The notes under the pieces were generated by a model. That model was not told where the DNA came from. It saw only the letters and a program-made list of their open reading frames with translations, and ran no database searches. The position numbers and the translations under genes were made by a program. This document shows positions 1 to 15,447 of a DNA stretch of 64,000 nucleotides, piece by piece (the stretch's first letter is position 1; the number at the start of each line of letters is the position of its first letter). The stretch lies in contig OZ024741.1 of the NCBI GenBank assembly GCA_964016885.1, positions 218,054,001 through 218,118,000 on the forward strand, written 5' to 3'. The stretch is from Eledone cirrhosa (lineage: Eukaryota).

Positions 1-293
1 AATACCACCGATCTTCGTTAACCTTTCCTATGGAAAAACTTAATATAAACAGCTCCCATCGGGAATGATCGAAGCATATTATACATCTCATAAGTTGAAT
101 TAATACCACCGATCTTCGTTAACCTTTCCTATGGAAAAACTTAATATAAACAGCTCCCACCGGGAATGATCGAAGCATATTATACATCTCATACGTTGAA
201 TTAATACCACCGATCTTCGTTAACCTTTCCTATGGAAAAACTTAATATAAACAGCTCCCACCGGGAATGATCGAAGCATATTATACATCTCAT
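1..293. repeat. 101-bp tandem repeat, ~2.9 copies, runs off the window start
   Basis: aataccaccgatcttcg... recurs at 1, 102 and 203 with near identity. Confidence 0.95.
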
Positions 294-394
294 ATGTGAG
301 TGATTGGCATCTTCCAACCCGATAAGTTGAGAACTCTACAGTTATAGGAAATTAACCAACATACTAAATAGTTTTACCTTTCCCACGGAAACCC

Positions 395-468
<74 letters not shown>

Positions 469-594
469 TTTATAGTAATAATAATAAATTTGAAGACTAA
501 AATCAAAAGAGGGCTCGATAAGGATAAATATATATCTAATATATAAGAACCGTAGAGCAAACTGTTATTTTAATAAATTAATATATATATATAA

Positions 595-684
<90 letters not shown>

Positions 685-687
<3 letters not shown>

Positions 688-3600
688 CATGACTACTATC
701 TTTAACCCAGGAGGTGACTACTATCTTTAACCCAAGTCGTAACTACTAACCCAGGTCATGATTACTATCTTTAACCCAGGTCGTGACTACTAACCCAGGT
801 TGTGACTACTATCTATAACCCAATTCATAACTACTATCTTTAACCCAGGACGTGACTACTAACCCAAGTAGTGACTACAAACTTTAACGTAGGTCGTGAC
901 TACTAACCCAGGTAATGATTATAATCTTTAACGAAGGTCGTGACTACCATCTTTTACCCAGGTCATGACTACTAACCCAGGTAGTGACTACTATCTTTAA
1001 ACCAGGTCGTGACTACTAACCCAGGAAGTGACTACTATCTTTAACCCAGGTCGTGACTACTATATTTAACCCAGGTCGTGACTACTAACCCAGGTCGTGA
1101 CTACTGTCTTTAACCCAGGTCGTGACTACTAACCCAGGTAATGATTATAATCTTTAACGAAGGTCGTGACTACTATCTTTAACCCAGGTCGTGACTACTA
1201 ACCCAGGTAATGATTATAATCTTTAACGAAGGTCGTGACTACCATCTTTTACCCAGGTCATGACTACTAACCCAGGTAGTGACTACTATCTTTAACCCAG
1301 GTCGTGACTACTAACCCAGGTAATGATTATAATCTTTAACGAAGGTCGTGACTACTATCTTTAACGCAGGTCGTGACTACTAACCCAGGTAATGATTATA
1401 ATCTTTAACGAAGGTCGTGACTACTATCTTTAACCCAGGTCGTGACTACTAACCCAGGTAATGATTATAATCTTTAACGAAGGTCGTGACTACCATCTTT
1501 TACCCAGGTCATGACTACTAACCCAGGTAGTGACTACTATCTTTAAACCAGGTCGTGACTACTAACCCAGGAAGTGACTACTATCTTTAACCCAGGTCAT
1601 AATTACTAACCCAGGTAGTGACTACTATCTTTAACCCAGGTCGTGACTACTAAGCCTGGTAGTGACTACTATCTTTAACCCAGGTCGAGACTACTAACAC
1701 AGGTCATGACTACTATCTTTAACCCAGGTCATGACTACTAACCCAGGTCATGACTACTAACCCAGGTCATGACTACTATATTTAACGCAGGTCACGACTA
1801 CAATCTATAACTCAGGTCGTGACTACTATCTTTAACCCAGGTGATGACTACTATCTTTAACCCAGGTAGTGACTACTATCTTTAATCCAGGTTGTGACTA
1901 CTAACCCAGGTCGTGACAACTAACCCAGGTCGTGACTACTAACCCAGGTAATGACTATTATCTTTAACGAAGGTCGTGACTACCATCTTTTACCCAGGTC
2001 ATGACTACTAACCCAGGTAGTAACTACTATCTTTAACCAAGGAAGTGACTACTATCTTTTATCCAGGTCATAATTACTAACCCAGGTAGTGACTACTATA
2101 TTTAACCCAAGTCGTGACTACTAACCCAGGTAGTGACTACTATATTTAACCCAAGTCGTGACTACTAACCCAGGTAGTGACTACTATCTTTAACCAAGGA
2201 AGTGACTACTATCTTTTATCCAGGTCATAATTACTAACCCAGGTCATGACTACTATCTTTAACCCAAGTCGTGACTACTAACCCAGGTAGTGACTACTAT
2301 CTTTAACCCAAGTCGTGACTACTAACCCAGGTAGTGACTACTATCTTTAACCCAAGTCGTGACTACTAAGCCTGGTAGTGACTACTATCTTTAACCCAAG
2401 TCGTGACTACTAACCCAGGTAGTGACTACTATCTTTAACCCAAGTCGTGACTACTAACCCAGGAAGTGACTACTATCTTTAACCCAGGTCATGACTACTA
2501 ACCCAGGTAGTGGCTACTAGTTTTAACCCAGGTCATGACTACTAACCCAGGTAGTGACTACTATCTTTAACCCAGGTCGTGACTAATAACCTAGGTAGTG
2601 ACTACTATCTTTAACCAGGTAGTGACTACTATCTTTAACCCATGTCGTGACTACCAACCCGGGTCATGACTACTATTTTAAACCTAGGCAGTGACTACTA
2701 TTTTTAACCCAGGTCCTGAATACTAACCGAGGTCGTGACTATTATCTTTAACCCATGTCGTGACTACCAACCCAGGTCGTGACTACTATCTTTAACCAAG
2801 GTCGTGATTAATAACCCAGGTGGTGACTACTATCTTCAACCCTGGTAGTGATTACTATTATTTACCCAGGTCATGACTACTAATCCAGGTCGTGACTACT
2901 ATCTTTAAACAAGGTCGTGACTAGTAACCTAGGTAGTGACTACTATCTTTAACCCATGTCGTGAGTACTAACCCAGGTCATGATTACTAATTTTAAACCA
3001 GGTCGTGACTACTATCTTTAACCCAGGTCGTGACTACTATCATTAACCCACGTCGTGACTACTATCTTTAATCCAGGTCGTGACTACTAACCCAGGTTGT
3101 GACTACTATCTTTAACGCAGGTCGTGACTACTATCTTTAACCCAGGTCGTGACTACTAAACCAGGTCATGACTACTATCTTTAACCCAGGTAGTGACTAC
3201 TATCTTTAACCCAGGTCGTGACTACTAACCCAGGTGGTGACTACTATCTTCAACCCTGGTAGTGACTACTATTATTGACCCAGGTCATGAATACTAATCC
3301 AGGTCGTGACTACTATCTTTAACCCAGGTCGTGACTAGTAACCTAGGTAGTGACTACTATCTTTAACACAGATCCTGAATACTAACCGAGGTCGTGACTA
3401 CTATCATTAACCCAGGTCGTGACAACTATCTTTAACTGAGGTCGTGACTACTAACCCAGGTAGTGACTACTATCTTTAACCCAGGTCGTGACTACTAACC
3501 CAGGTCGTGACTACTAACCCAGGTAGTGACTACTATCTTTAACCCAGGTTGTGACTACTAACCCAGGTCGTGACAACTAACCCAGGTCGTGACTACTAAC

Positions 3601-6600
3601 GCAGGTAGTGACTACTATCTTTACACCAGGTCGTGACTACTAACCCAGGTCATAACTACTAACCCAGGCCGTGACTACTATCATTAACCCAGGTAGTGAC
3701 TACTATCTTTAACCCAGGTCATGACTACTAACCCAGGTCGTGACTACTATTTTTAACCCCAGGTAGTGACTTCTATCTTTAACGCAGGTCGTGCCTACTA
3801 TTTTTAACCCAGGTTGTGACTACTAACCCAGGTCGTGATAACAAACCCAGGTCGTGACTACTATCTTTAACCCAGGTCGTGACTAGTAACCTAGGTGGTG
3901 ACTACTATCTTTAACACAGGTCCTGAATACTAACCGAGGTCGTGACTACTATCTTTAACCCAGGTCGTGACTTCTATCTTTAACCCAGTTCGTGACTACT
4001 AACCCAGGTGGTGAGTAGTATCTTTAACCCAGGTCGTGACTACTAACCCAGGTAGTGACTACTATCTTTAATCCAGGTAGTGACTACTAACCCAGGTCAT
4101 GTCTACTATCTTTAACCCAAGTCGTGACTACTACCCCAGGTCGTGACTACTATCTTTAATCCAGGTAGTGACTACTAACCCAGGTCATGTCTACTATCTT
4201 TAACCCAAGTCGTGACTACTACCCCAGGTCGTGACTACTATCTTTAATCCAGGTAGTGACTACTAACCCAGGTCATGTCTACTATCTTTAACCCAAGTCG
4301 TGACTACTACCCCAGGTCGTGACTACTATCTTTAATCCAGGTAGTGACTACTAACCCAGGTCATGTCTACTATCTTTAACCCAAGTCGTGACTACTACCC
4401 CAGGTCGTGACTACTATCTTTAATCCAGGTAGTGACTACTAACCCAGGTCATGTCTACTATCTTTAACCCAAGTCGTGACTACTACCCCAGGTCGTGACT
4501 ACTATCTTTAATCCAGGTAGTGACTACTAACCCAGGTCATGTCTACTATCTTTAACCCAAGTCGTGACTACTACCCCAGGTCGTGACTACTATCTTTAAT
4601 CCAGGTAGTGACTACTATCCCAGGACATGACTACAATGTTTAACACAGGGCGTTACTACTAATCCAGGTAGTGACTACTAATCCAGGTAGTGACTACTAA
4701 CCCACGTTGTGACTACTAACCCAGGTAGTGACAACTATCTGTAAACCAGGTCCTGACTACTAAACCAGGTCGTGACTACTATCTTTAACCCAGGTCGTGA
4801 CTACTATTTTTAACCCAGGTCGTGACTACTATCTTTAACCCAGCTCGTGACTTATAACCCAAGTCATGACTATTATCTTTAACCCAGGTCGTGACTGCTA
4901 TCTTTAACCCAGGTCGTGACTAATAACCCAGATGGCGAGTACTATCTTTAACCCAGGTCGTGACTACTAACCCAGGTAGTGACTCTCTTTAACCCAGGTC
5001 GTGACTACTAAACCAGTTAGTGATTACTATCTTTAACCCAGGCCATGACTACTAACCCAGGTTGTGACTATTATCTTTAACCCAGGCCGTGACTACTAAC
5101 CCAGGTGGTGACTACTATCTTTAACAAAGGTCGTGACTACTATCTTTAACCCAGGTCGTGACTACTAATCCAGGTGGAGAGTACTATCTTTAACCCAGGT
5201 CGTGACTACCAACCCAGGTCATGATTATTATCTTTAATCCAGGTCGTGACTTTTAAACCAAGTTATGACTACTATCTTTAAAGCAGGTCGTGACTACTAA
5301 CACAGAGAGTGTCTACTATCTCTAAACCAGGTCGTGACTACTAACCCAGGTGGTGACTACTATCTTTAACCCAGGTCGTGACAACTATATTTAACCCAGG
5401 TAGTGACTACTATGTTTAACCCAGCTCGTGACTAATAACCCAGGTCATGACTACTACCGTTAACCCAGGTCGTGACTACTACCTTTAACCCAGTTCGTGA
5501 CTACAAACCCAGGTGGTGAGTAGTATCTTTAACCCAGGTCGTGACTACTATCTTTAACCCAGGTCTTTACTACTAACCCAGGTAGTTACTACTATCTTTA
5601 ACCCAGGTCGTGAATACTAACCCAGGTAGTGACTCTCTTTAACCCAGGTCGTGACTACTAAACCAGTTAGTGACTACTATCTTTAACCCAGGTCATGCCA
5701 ACTAAACCAGGTCGTGACTACTATCTTTACCCCAGGTAGTGACTACTATCTTTCACACAGGTCGTGGCTACTAACCCAGGTCATGACTACTAACCCAGCT
5801 CGTGACTACTAACACAGGTAGTAACTACTATCATTGACCCAGGTCACGACTAACAACCCAGGTCGTGACTACCGTCTTTAACACAAGTCGTGACTACTAA
5901 CCCAGGTAGTGAGTACTATTTTAAACCCAGGTCGTGAGTACTAACCCAGGACATGACTAATATCTTTAACCCAGGTAGTGACTACTATATTTAACCCGGA
6001 TCGTGATTACTAACCCAGGTAGTGACTACTATCTTTCACCCAGGTCCTGACTACTAATCCAGGTAGTGAGTACTAACCCAGGTCGTGTCTACTAACCCAG
6101 GTAGTGACTACTATCTTTAACCCAGGTCGTGACTAGTTACCCATGTCGTGACTACTATCCTTAACCCATGTCGTGCCTACTATCTTTAACACAGGCCGTG
6201 ACTATTAACCCAGGTCATGTCTACTATCTTTAACACAAGTCGTGACTAATAACCCAGGTCTTGACTACTATCTTTATCCCAGGTAGTGTCTACTATCTTT
6301 ACCCAGGTCGTGACTACTATCTTTAACCCTGGTCAGGAATACTATCTTTAACCCAGGTCGTGACTACTAACCCAGGTCATGACTATTATCTTTAACCCAG
6401 GTAGTGACTACTATATTGAACCCAGGTCATGACTATTAACCTAGGTCGTGACTACTATCTTTAACGAAGGTCGTGCCTACTAAACCAGGTCATGACTACT
6501 ATCTTTACCCCAGGTAGTGACTACTATCTTTAACCCAGGTCGTGACTACTAACCCAGGTAGTAACTACTAGCTTTAACCCAGGTAGTGACTACTAACTTT

Positions 6601-9600
6601 AACCCAGGCCGTGACTACTATTTTTAACACAGGTAGTCACTACTAACCCAGGTAGTGACTACTATCTTTAACCCAAGTCGTAACTACTAATCCAGGTCAT
6701 GACTACTATCTTTAACCCTGGTCGTGACTACTATCTTTTAACCAGATCGTGACTACTAACCCAGGTCATGACTACTATCTTTAACCCAGGTCGTGACTAC
6801 TAACCCAGGTCGTAACTACTATCTTTAAACCAGGTCGTGACTACTAACCCAGGTCGTGACTACTATCTTTAACCCAGGTAGTGACTACTAACTTTAACCC
6901 AGATCGTGACTACTATCTTTAACCAGGTAGTGACTACTTACCCAGGGAGTGTCTACTATTTTACCCACGTCGTGACTACTAAATTTAACCCAGGTAGTGA
7001 CTACTATCTTTAACCCTGGTCATGATTACTAACCCAGGTCGTGACTACTATCTTTAACACATGTCGTGACTACTAACCCAGGTGGTGAGTACTATCTTTA
7101 AGCCAGGTCGTGCCTACTAAACCAGGTCGTGACTACTATCTTTACCCTAGGTAGTGACTACTATCTTTCACCCAGGTCGTGACTACTAACCCAGGTCATG
7201 ACTACTAACCCAGGTCGTGACTAGTATCTTTAACCCAGGTCGTGACTACTATTTTTAACCCAATCGTGACTACTAACCCCAGTGACTACTATCTTTAACC
7301 CAGGTCTTTACTACTAACCCAGGTAGTTACTACTATCTTTAAACCAGGTCGTGACTACTAATCCAGGTAATGACTACTATCTTTAACCCAGGTCGTGACT
7401 ATTAACCCAGGCAGTGACTACTATCTTTAACGCAGGTCGTGACTACTATCTATAATCCAGGTAGTGTCTACTATCTTTAACCCAGGTCGTGACTACTAAC
7501 CCAGGTCGTGACTACTAACCCAGGTAGTGACTACTATCTTTTACCGAGGTCGTGACTACTATCTTTAATCCAGGCCGTGACTACTATATTTAACCCAGGT
7601 TGTGTCTACTATCTTTAACCCAGGTCGTGACTAGTAACCCAGGTAGTGACTACTACCTTTAACCCAAGTCGTGACTACTAACCCAGCTCGTGACTACTAT
7701 CATTAACCCAGGTAGTGACTACTATCGCAGGTCATGACTACTATCGTTAAAACCAGGTCGTGACTATTATCTTTAACCCAAGTCGTGACTTCTAACCCAG
7801 ATAGTGACTACTATCTTCAACCCTGGTCGTGACTACTAATCCAGGTAGTCACTGCTAATTCTGGTCGTGACTACTAACCTAGGTAGTGACTACTATCTTT
7901 AACCCAGGTCGTGACTAGTAACCCAGGTAGTGACTACTACCTTTAACCCAAGTCGTGACTACTAACCCAGCTCGTGACTACTATCATTAACCCAGGTAGT
8001 GACTACTATCGCAGGTCATGACTACTATCGTTAAACCAGGTCGTGACTACTATCTTTAACCCAAGTCGTGACTTCTAACCCAGATAGTGACTACTATCTT
8101 CAGCCCTGGTCGTGACTACTAATCCAGGTAGTCACTGCTAATTCTGGTCGTGACTAGTAACCTAGGTAGTGACTACTATCTTTAAACCAGGTCGTGACTA
8201 CTAACCCAGGTCATGACTACTAACCCAGGTCATGACTACTACCTTTAACCCAGTTCATGACTACTATCTTTAACCCAGTTCGTGACTACTAACCCAGGTC
8301 GTGACTAGTATGTTTAACGCTGGTCGTGAATACTAACCCAGATAGTGACTACTATCTTTAACCCAGGTCGTGACCACTCACCCAGTTCCTGACTACTATC
8401 TTTAACCCAGGTCGTGACTAATAACCCAGGTCGTGACTAATGTCTTTAACCCAGGTCGTGTCTACTAACGGAGGTAGTGACTACTATCTGCAACCCAGGT
8501 AGTGACTACTACCTTTAACCCAGGTCGTGAGTACTAACCAGGTCATGACTATTATCTTTAACCCAGGTCGTGACTACTCACCCAGGTGATGACTACTATC
8601 TTTAACCCAGGTCGTGACTACTCACCCAGGTGATGACTACTATCTCCAATCCAGGTCGTGACTACTAACCCAGGTAGCGACTACTATCTTTAACCCAGGT
8701 CGTGACTACTAACCCAGGTCATGACTACTATCTTTAACCCAGGTCATGACTACTATCGTTAACCCAGGTCGTGACTACTATCTTTAACCCAGGTCATGAC
8801 TACTATCTTTACCTCAGGTCATGACTACTATCGTTAACCCAGCTCGTGACTACTATCTTTAACCCAGGTCGTGACTACTATCCCAGGTCATGACTACTAT
8901 GTTTAACCCAGGTCGTGACTACTATCTTTAACCCAGGTCGTGACTACTAACCCAGGTAGTCAATACTAACCCAGGTCGTGACTACTAACCCAGGTAGTCA
9001 ATACTAACCCAGGTCGTGACTACTAACCCAGGTAGTCAATACTAACCCAGGTCGTGACTACTAACCCAGGTAGCGACTACTATCTTTAACCCAGGTCATG
9101 ACTACTATCATTAACCCAGGTCGTGACTACTAACCCAGGTCGTGACTACTGTTTTTAACCCAGGTCGTGTCTACTAACGCAGGTCATGACTACTATCTTC
9201 AACCCAGGTCATGACTACTATCATTAACCCAGGTCGTGACTACTAACCCAGGTCGTGACTACTGTCTTTAACCCAGGTCGTGTCTACTAACCCAGGTCGT
9301 GACTACTGTCTTTAACCCAGGTCGTGTCTACTATCTTTAACCCAGGTCGTGTCAACTAACCCAGGCGGTGACTACTAACCCAGGTAGTGACTTCTATCTT
9401 TAACCCAGATCGTGACTACTAATCCAGGTATTGACTACTATCTTTTAGCCACGTCATGACTACTAACCCTGGTCTTGCTACTATTTTTAACGCAGGTGGT
9501 GACTACTAACCCAGGTCATGACTACTATCGTTAACCCAGGTCGTGACTACTATCTTTAACGCAGGTCGTGACTACTAACCCAGGTCGTGACTACTAATCC

Positions 9601-10095
9601 AGGTTGTCACTACTAACCCAGGTCGTGACTACTAACCTAGGTAGTGACTACTATCTTTAACCCAGGTTGTGACTACTAACCAAGGTCATGACTACTAACC
9701 CAGGTCATGACTACTATCTTTAACCCACGTCATAACTACTATCTTTAACCCAGTTTGTGACTACTATCCCAGGTCGTGACTACTATGTTTAACCCTGGTC
9801 GTGACTTCTAACCCAGGTAGTGACTACTATCTTTAACCCAGGTCGTGACCACTCACCCACGTCGTGACTACTAACCCAGGTCGTGACTACTGTCTTTAAC
9901 CCAGGTCGTGACTACTATCTTTAACCCAGGTCGTGACTACTAACCAGGTCATGACTACTATCTTCGACCCAGGTAGTGACTACTATCTTTAACCCAGGTC
10001 GTGACTACTAACCCAGGTATTGACTACTATCTTTTAGCCACGTCATGACTACTAACCCAGGTCATGACTACTATCTTTAACCCAGGTGGTGACTT
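685..10095. repeat. Minisatellite of interspersed 19-bp (cccaggtcgtgactactaa) and 25-bp (cccaggtcgtgactactatctttaa) monomers
   Basis: Read directly; the monomers differ by a 6-bp tcttta insert; six exact 88-bp higher-order copies at 4071-4598. Confidence 0.97.
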
Positions 10096-10151
10096 TCTGC
10101 TAAAACTCTCAATTTCGAAAATATTTGACTCTGGTAAAATTCTTAAGCCAT

Positions 10152-11345
10152 TGAACGCAGTAGATGAGTGTGTATGGAACTCAGTAGATGAGTGTGTATG
10201 TAACTCAGTAGATGTGTGTGTGTAACTCAGTAGATGAGTGTGTATGTAACTCAGTAGATGTGTGTGTGTAACTCAGTAGATGTGTGTGTATGTAAGCCAG
10301 TAGATGTGTGTGTATGTAACTCAGTAGATGTGTGTGTGTAACTCAGTAGATGAGTGTGTATGTAACTCAGTAGATGTGTGTGTATGTAAGCCAGTAGATG
10401 TGTGTGTATGTAACCTAATAGATGTGTCTGTATGTAACTCAGTAGATGTGTGTGTATGGAACTCAGCTGGTGTGGGTGTATGTAACCCAGTATATGTGTG
10501 TGTATGTAACCCAGTAGATGTATGTGTGTATGTAACCCGGCAGATGTGTGTGTATGTAACCCAGTAGATGTGTGTGTATGTAAATCAGTAGATGTGTGTG
10601 TATGTAACTCAGTAGGTGTGTGTGTATGTAAATCAGTAGATGTGTGTGTATGTAACCCAGTAGATGTGTGTGTATGTAAATCAGTAGATGTGTGTGTATG
10701 TAACTCAGTAGGTGTGTGTGTATGTAAATCAGTAGATGTGTGTATATGTAACTCATTTGAAATGTGTGTGTATGTAACTCAGTAGATGTGTTTGTATGTA
10801 ACCCAGTAAATGTGTGTGTATGGAACTCAGTAGATGTGTGTGCATGTAACTCAGTAGATGTGTGTGTAAGTAACCCAGTAGATGTGTGTGTATGTAACTC
10901 AGTAGATGTGTGTGTATGTAATCCAGTAGATGTGTGTGTATGTAACCCAGTAGATGTGTGTGTATGGAACCCAGTAGATGTGTGTGTATGGAACTCATTA
11001 GATGGGTGTGTGTATGTAACCCAGTATATGTGTGTGTATGTAACTCAGTAGATGTGTATGGAACTCATTAGATGTGTGTGTGTATGTAACCCAGTATATG
11101 TGTGTGTATGTAACTCAGTAGATGTGTGTGCATGTAACTCAGTAGATGTGTGTGTAAGTAACCCAGTAGATGTGTGTGTATGTAACTCAGTAGATGTGTG
11201 TGTATGTAATCCAGTAGATGTGTGTGTATGGAACTCATTAGATGCGTGTGTGTATGTAAATCAGTAGATGTGTGTGTATGTACTCAGTAGATGTGTGTGT
11301 ATGGAACTCAGTATATGTGTGTTTATGTAACTCAGTAGAAATGTG
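10152..11345. repeat. 24-bp minisatellite (gtaactcagtagatgtgtgtgtat)
   Basis: Direct periodicity; source of the spurious CVCNSVDV ORFs. Confidence 0.95.
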
Positions 11346-11543
11346 TGAGAGAGAGAGAGATAGAGAGATATGTTCTGTCATAGCTGAGATAGTGAGAGAG
11401 AGAGAGAAATATTTCAAGAGAGAGAGAGTGAGCGAGAGAGAGAGAGAGAGATATGTTCTGTCATAGCTGAGAGAGAGAGAGAGAGAGAGAGTGTGAAAGA
11501 TTACAAGAGAGAGCGAGAGAGTGAGTGAGAGAGAGAGAGAGAG

Positions 11544-11589
<46 letters not shown>

Positions 11590-11629
11590 TTACAAGAGAG
11601 AGAGAGAGAGAGAGAGAGAGTGAGCAAGA

Positions 11630-11662
<33 letters not shown>

Positions 11663-11671
11663 TGAGCAAGA

Positions 11672-11717
<46 letters not shown>

Positions 11718-11778
11718 GGCGAGAGAGAGTGAGCGAGAGAGAGTGAGCGAGAGAGAGAGAGAGATATGTTCTGTCATA

Positions 11779-11818
<40 letters not shown>

Positions 11819-12025
11819 GTTCTGTNNNNNNNNNNNNNNNNNNNNNNNNNNNNNNNNNNNNNNNNNNNNNNNNNNNNNNNNNNNNNNNNNNNNNNNNNNN
11901 NNNNNNNNNNNNNNNNNNNNNNNNNNNNNNNNNNNNNNNNNNNNNNNNNNNNNNNNNNNNNNNNNNNNNNNNNNNNNNNNNNNNNNNNNNNNNNNNNNNN
12001 NNNNNNNNNNNNNNNNNNNNNNNNN

Positions 12026-12057
<32 letters not shown>

Positions 12058-12069
12058 TGTTCTGTCATA

Positions 12070-12100
<31 letters not shown>

Positions 12101-12482
12101 TATGTTCTGTAATAGCCGAGAGAGAGAGAGATGTTCTGTCATAGCTGAGAGAGAGAGAGAGAGAGATATGTTCTGTCATAGCTGAGAGAGAGAGAGAGAG
12201 ATATGTTCTGTCATAGCTGAGAGAGAGAGAGGGAGAGAGAGAGAGATATGTTCTGTAATAGCCGAGAGAGAGAGAGGGTGAGAGAGAGAGAGATATGTTC
12301 TGTCATAGCTGAGAGAGAGAGAGAGAGGGAGAGAGATATGTTCTGTCATAGCTGAGAGAGAGAGAGAGATATGTTCTGTCATAGCTGAGAGAGAGAGAGA
12401 GAGAGAGAGAGATATGTTCTGTCATAGCTGAGAGAGAGGGAGAGAGAGAGAGGGAGAGAGAGAGATATGTTCTGTCATAGCT

Positions 12483-12519
<37 letters not shown>

Positions 12520-12795
12520 GTTCTGTCATAGCTGAGAGAGAGAGAGGGAGAGAGAGATATGTTCTGTCATAGCTGAGAGAGAGGGAGAGAGAGAGAGGGA
12601 GAGAGAGAGAGATATGTTCTGTCATAGCTGAGAGAGAGAGAGAGATATGTTCTGTCATAGCTGAGAGAGAGAGAGAGAGAGAGAGAGATATGTTCTGTCA
12701 TAGCTGAGAGAGAGAGAGGGAGAGAGAGAGAGATATGTTCTGTCATAGCTGAGAGAGAGAGAGGGAGAGAGAGAGAGATATGTTCTGTCATAGCT

Positions 12796-12827
<32 letters not shown>

Positions 12828-12854
12828 GAGAGAGAGATATGTTCTGTAATAGCT

Positions 12855-12887
<33 letters not shown>

Positions 12888-13114
12888 GTTCTGTCATAGC
12901 TGAGAGAGAGAGAGGGAGAGAGAGAGATATGTTCTGTAATAGCTGAGATAGAGAGAGGGAGAGAGAGAGATATGTTCTGTCATAGCTGAGAGAGAGAGAG
13001 AGGGAGAGAGAGAGAGATATGTTCTGTCATAGCTGAGAGAGAGAGAGGGAGAGAGAGATATGTTCTGTCATAGCTGAGAGAGAGGGAGAGAGAGAGAGAT
13101 ATGTTCTGTCATAA

Positions 13115-13149
<35 letters not shown>

Positions 13150-13161
13150 TGTTCTGTCATA

Positions 13162-13192
<31 letters not shown>

Positions 13193-13241
13193 TATGTTCT
13201 GTCATAGCTGAGAGAGAGAGAGAGAGATATGTTCTGTCATA

Positions 13242-13284
<43 letters not shown>

Positions 13285-13296
13285 TGTTCTGTCATA

Positions 13297-13335
<39 letters not shown>

Positions 13336-13348
13336 TTCTGTCATAGCT

Positions 13349-13379
<31 letters not shown>

Positions 13380-13562
13380 GTTCTGTCATAGCTGAGAGAG
13401 AGAGAGAGGGAGAGAGAGATATGTTCTGTCATAGCTGAGAGAGAGAGAGAGAGAGAGAGAGATATGTTCTGTCATAGCTTAGAGAGAGAGAGGGAGAGAG
13501 AGAGAGATATGTTCTGTCATAGGTGAGAGAGAGAGAGAGAGAGAGAGATATGTTCTGTCATA

Positions 13563-13599
<37 letters not shown>

Positions 13600-13922
13600 T
13601 GTTCTGTCATAGCTGAGAGAGAGAGAGGGAGAGAGAGAGAGAGAGATATGTTCTGTCATAGCTGAGAGAGAGAGAGGGGAGAGAGAGAGAGAGATATGTT
13701 CTGTCATAGCTGAGAGAGAGAGAGGGAGAGAGAGAGAGATATGTTCTGTCATAGCTGAGAGAGAGAGAGGGAGAGAGAGAGAGATATGTTCTGTCATAGC
13801 TGAGAGAGAGAGAGAGAGAGAGAGATATGTTTCTGTCATAGCTGAGAGAGAGAGAGAGAGGGAGAGAGATATGTTCTGTAATAGCTGAGAGAGAGAGAGA
13901 GAGAGAGATATGTTCTGTAATA

Positions 13923-13967
<45 letters not shown>

Positions 13968-14066
13968 TGTTCTGTAATAGCTGAGAGAGAGAGAGAGAGA
14001 GAGAGAGATATGTTCTGTAATAGCTGAGAGAGAGAGAGAGAGAGAGAGATATGTTCTGTAATAGCT

Positions 14067-14101
<35 letters not shown>

Positions 14102-14247
14102 GTTCTGTCATAGCTGAGAGAGAGAGAGGGAGAGAGAGAGAGATATGTTCTGTCATAGCTGAGAGAGAGAGAGGGAGAGAGAGAGAGATATGTTCTGTCA
14201 TAGCTGAGAGAGAGGGAGAGAGAGAGAGAGAGATATGTTCTGTCATA

Positions 14248-14291
<44 letters not shown>

Positions 14292-14437
14292 GTTCTGTCA
14301 TAGCTGAGAGAGAGAGAGAGAGAGAGATATGTTCTGTAATAGCTGAGAGAGAGAGAGGGAGAGAGAGATATGTTCTGTCATAGCTGAGAGAGAGGGAGAG
14401 AGAGAGAGGGAGAGAGAGAGAGATATGTTCTGTCATA

Positions 14438-14472
<35 letters not shown>

Positions 14473-14524
14473 TTCTGTCATAGCTGAGAGAGAGAGAGGG
14501 AGAGAGATATGTTCTGTCATGGCT

Positions 14525-14555
<31 letters not shown>

Positions 14556-14659
14556 GTTCTGTCATAGCTGAGAGAGAGAGAGAGGGAGGAGAGAGAGAGA
14601 TATGTTCTGTCATAGCTGAGAGAGAGAGAGGGAGAGAGAGAGAGATATGTTCTCTCATA

Positions 14660-14730
<71 letters not shown>

Positions 14731-15053
14731 TGTTCTGTAATAGCTGAGAGAGAGAGAGAGGGAGAGAGATATGTTCTGTCATAGCTGAGAGAGAGAGAGA
14801 GGGAGAGAGAGAGAGATATGTTCTGTCATAGCTGAGAGAGAGGGAGGGAGAGAGAGAGAGAGATATGTTCTGTCATAGCTGAGAGAGAGAGAGAGAGAGA
14901 TATATGTTCTGTAATAGCTGAGAGAGAGAGAGAGGGAGAGAGAGAGATATGTTCTGTCATAGCTGAGAGAGAGAGAGGGAGAGAGAGAGAGATATGTTCT
15001 GTCATAGCTGAGAGAGAGAGAGAGGGAGAGAGAGATATGTTCTGTCATAGCTG

Positions 15054-15084
<31 letters not shown>

Positions 15085-15104
15085 GAGAGATATGTTCTGT
15101 CATA

Positions 15105-15147
<43 letters not shown>

Positions 15148-15159
15148 TGTTCTGTCATA

Positions 15160-15198
<39 letters not shown>

Positions 15199-15261
15199 TG
15201 TTCTGTCATAGCTGAGAGAGAGAGGGAGAGAGAGAGAAAGAGAGAGAGATGTTCTGTCATA

Positions 15262-15292
<31 letters not shown>

Positions 15293-15309
15293 TATGTTCT
15301 GTCATAGCT

Positions 15310-15344
<35 letters not shown>

Positions 15345-15398
15345 GTTCTGTCATAGCTGAGAGAGAGAGAGAGGGAGAGAGAGATATGTTCTGTCATA

Positions 15399-15447
<49 letters not shown>

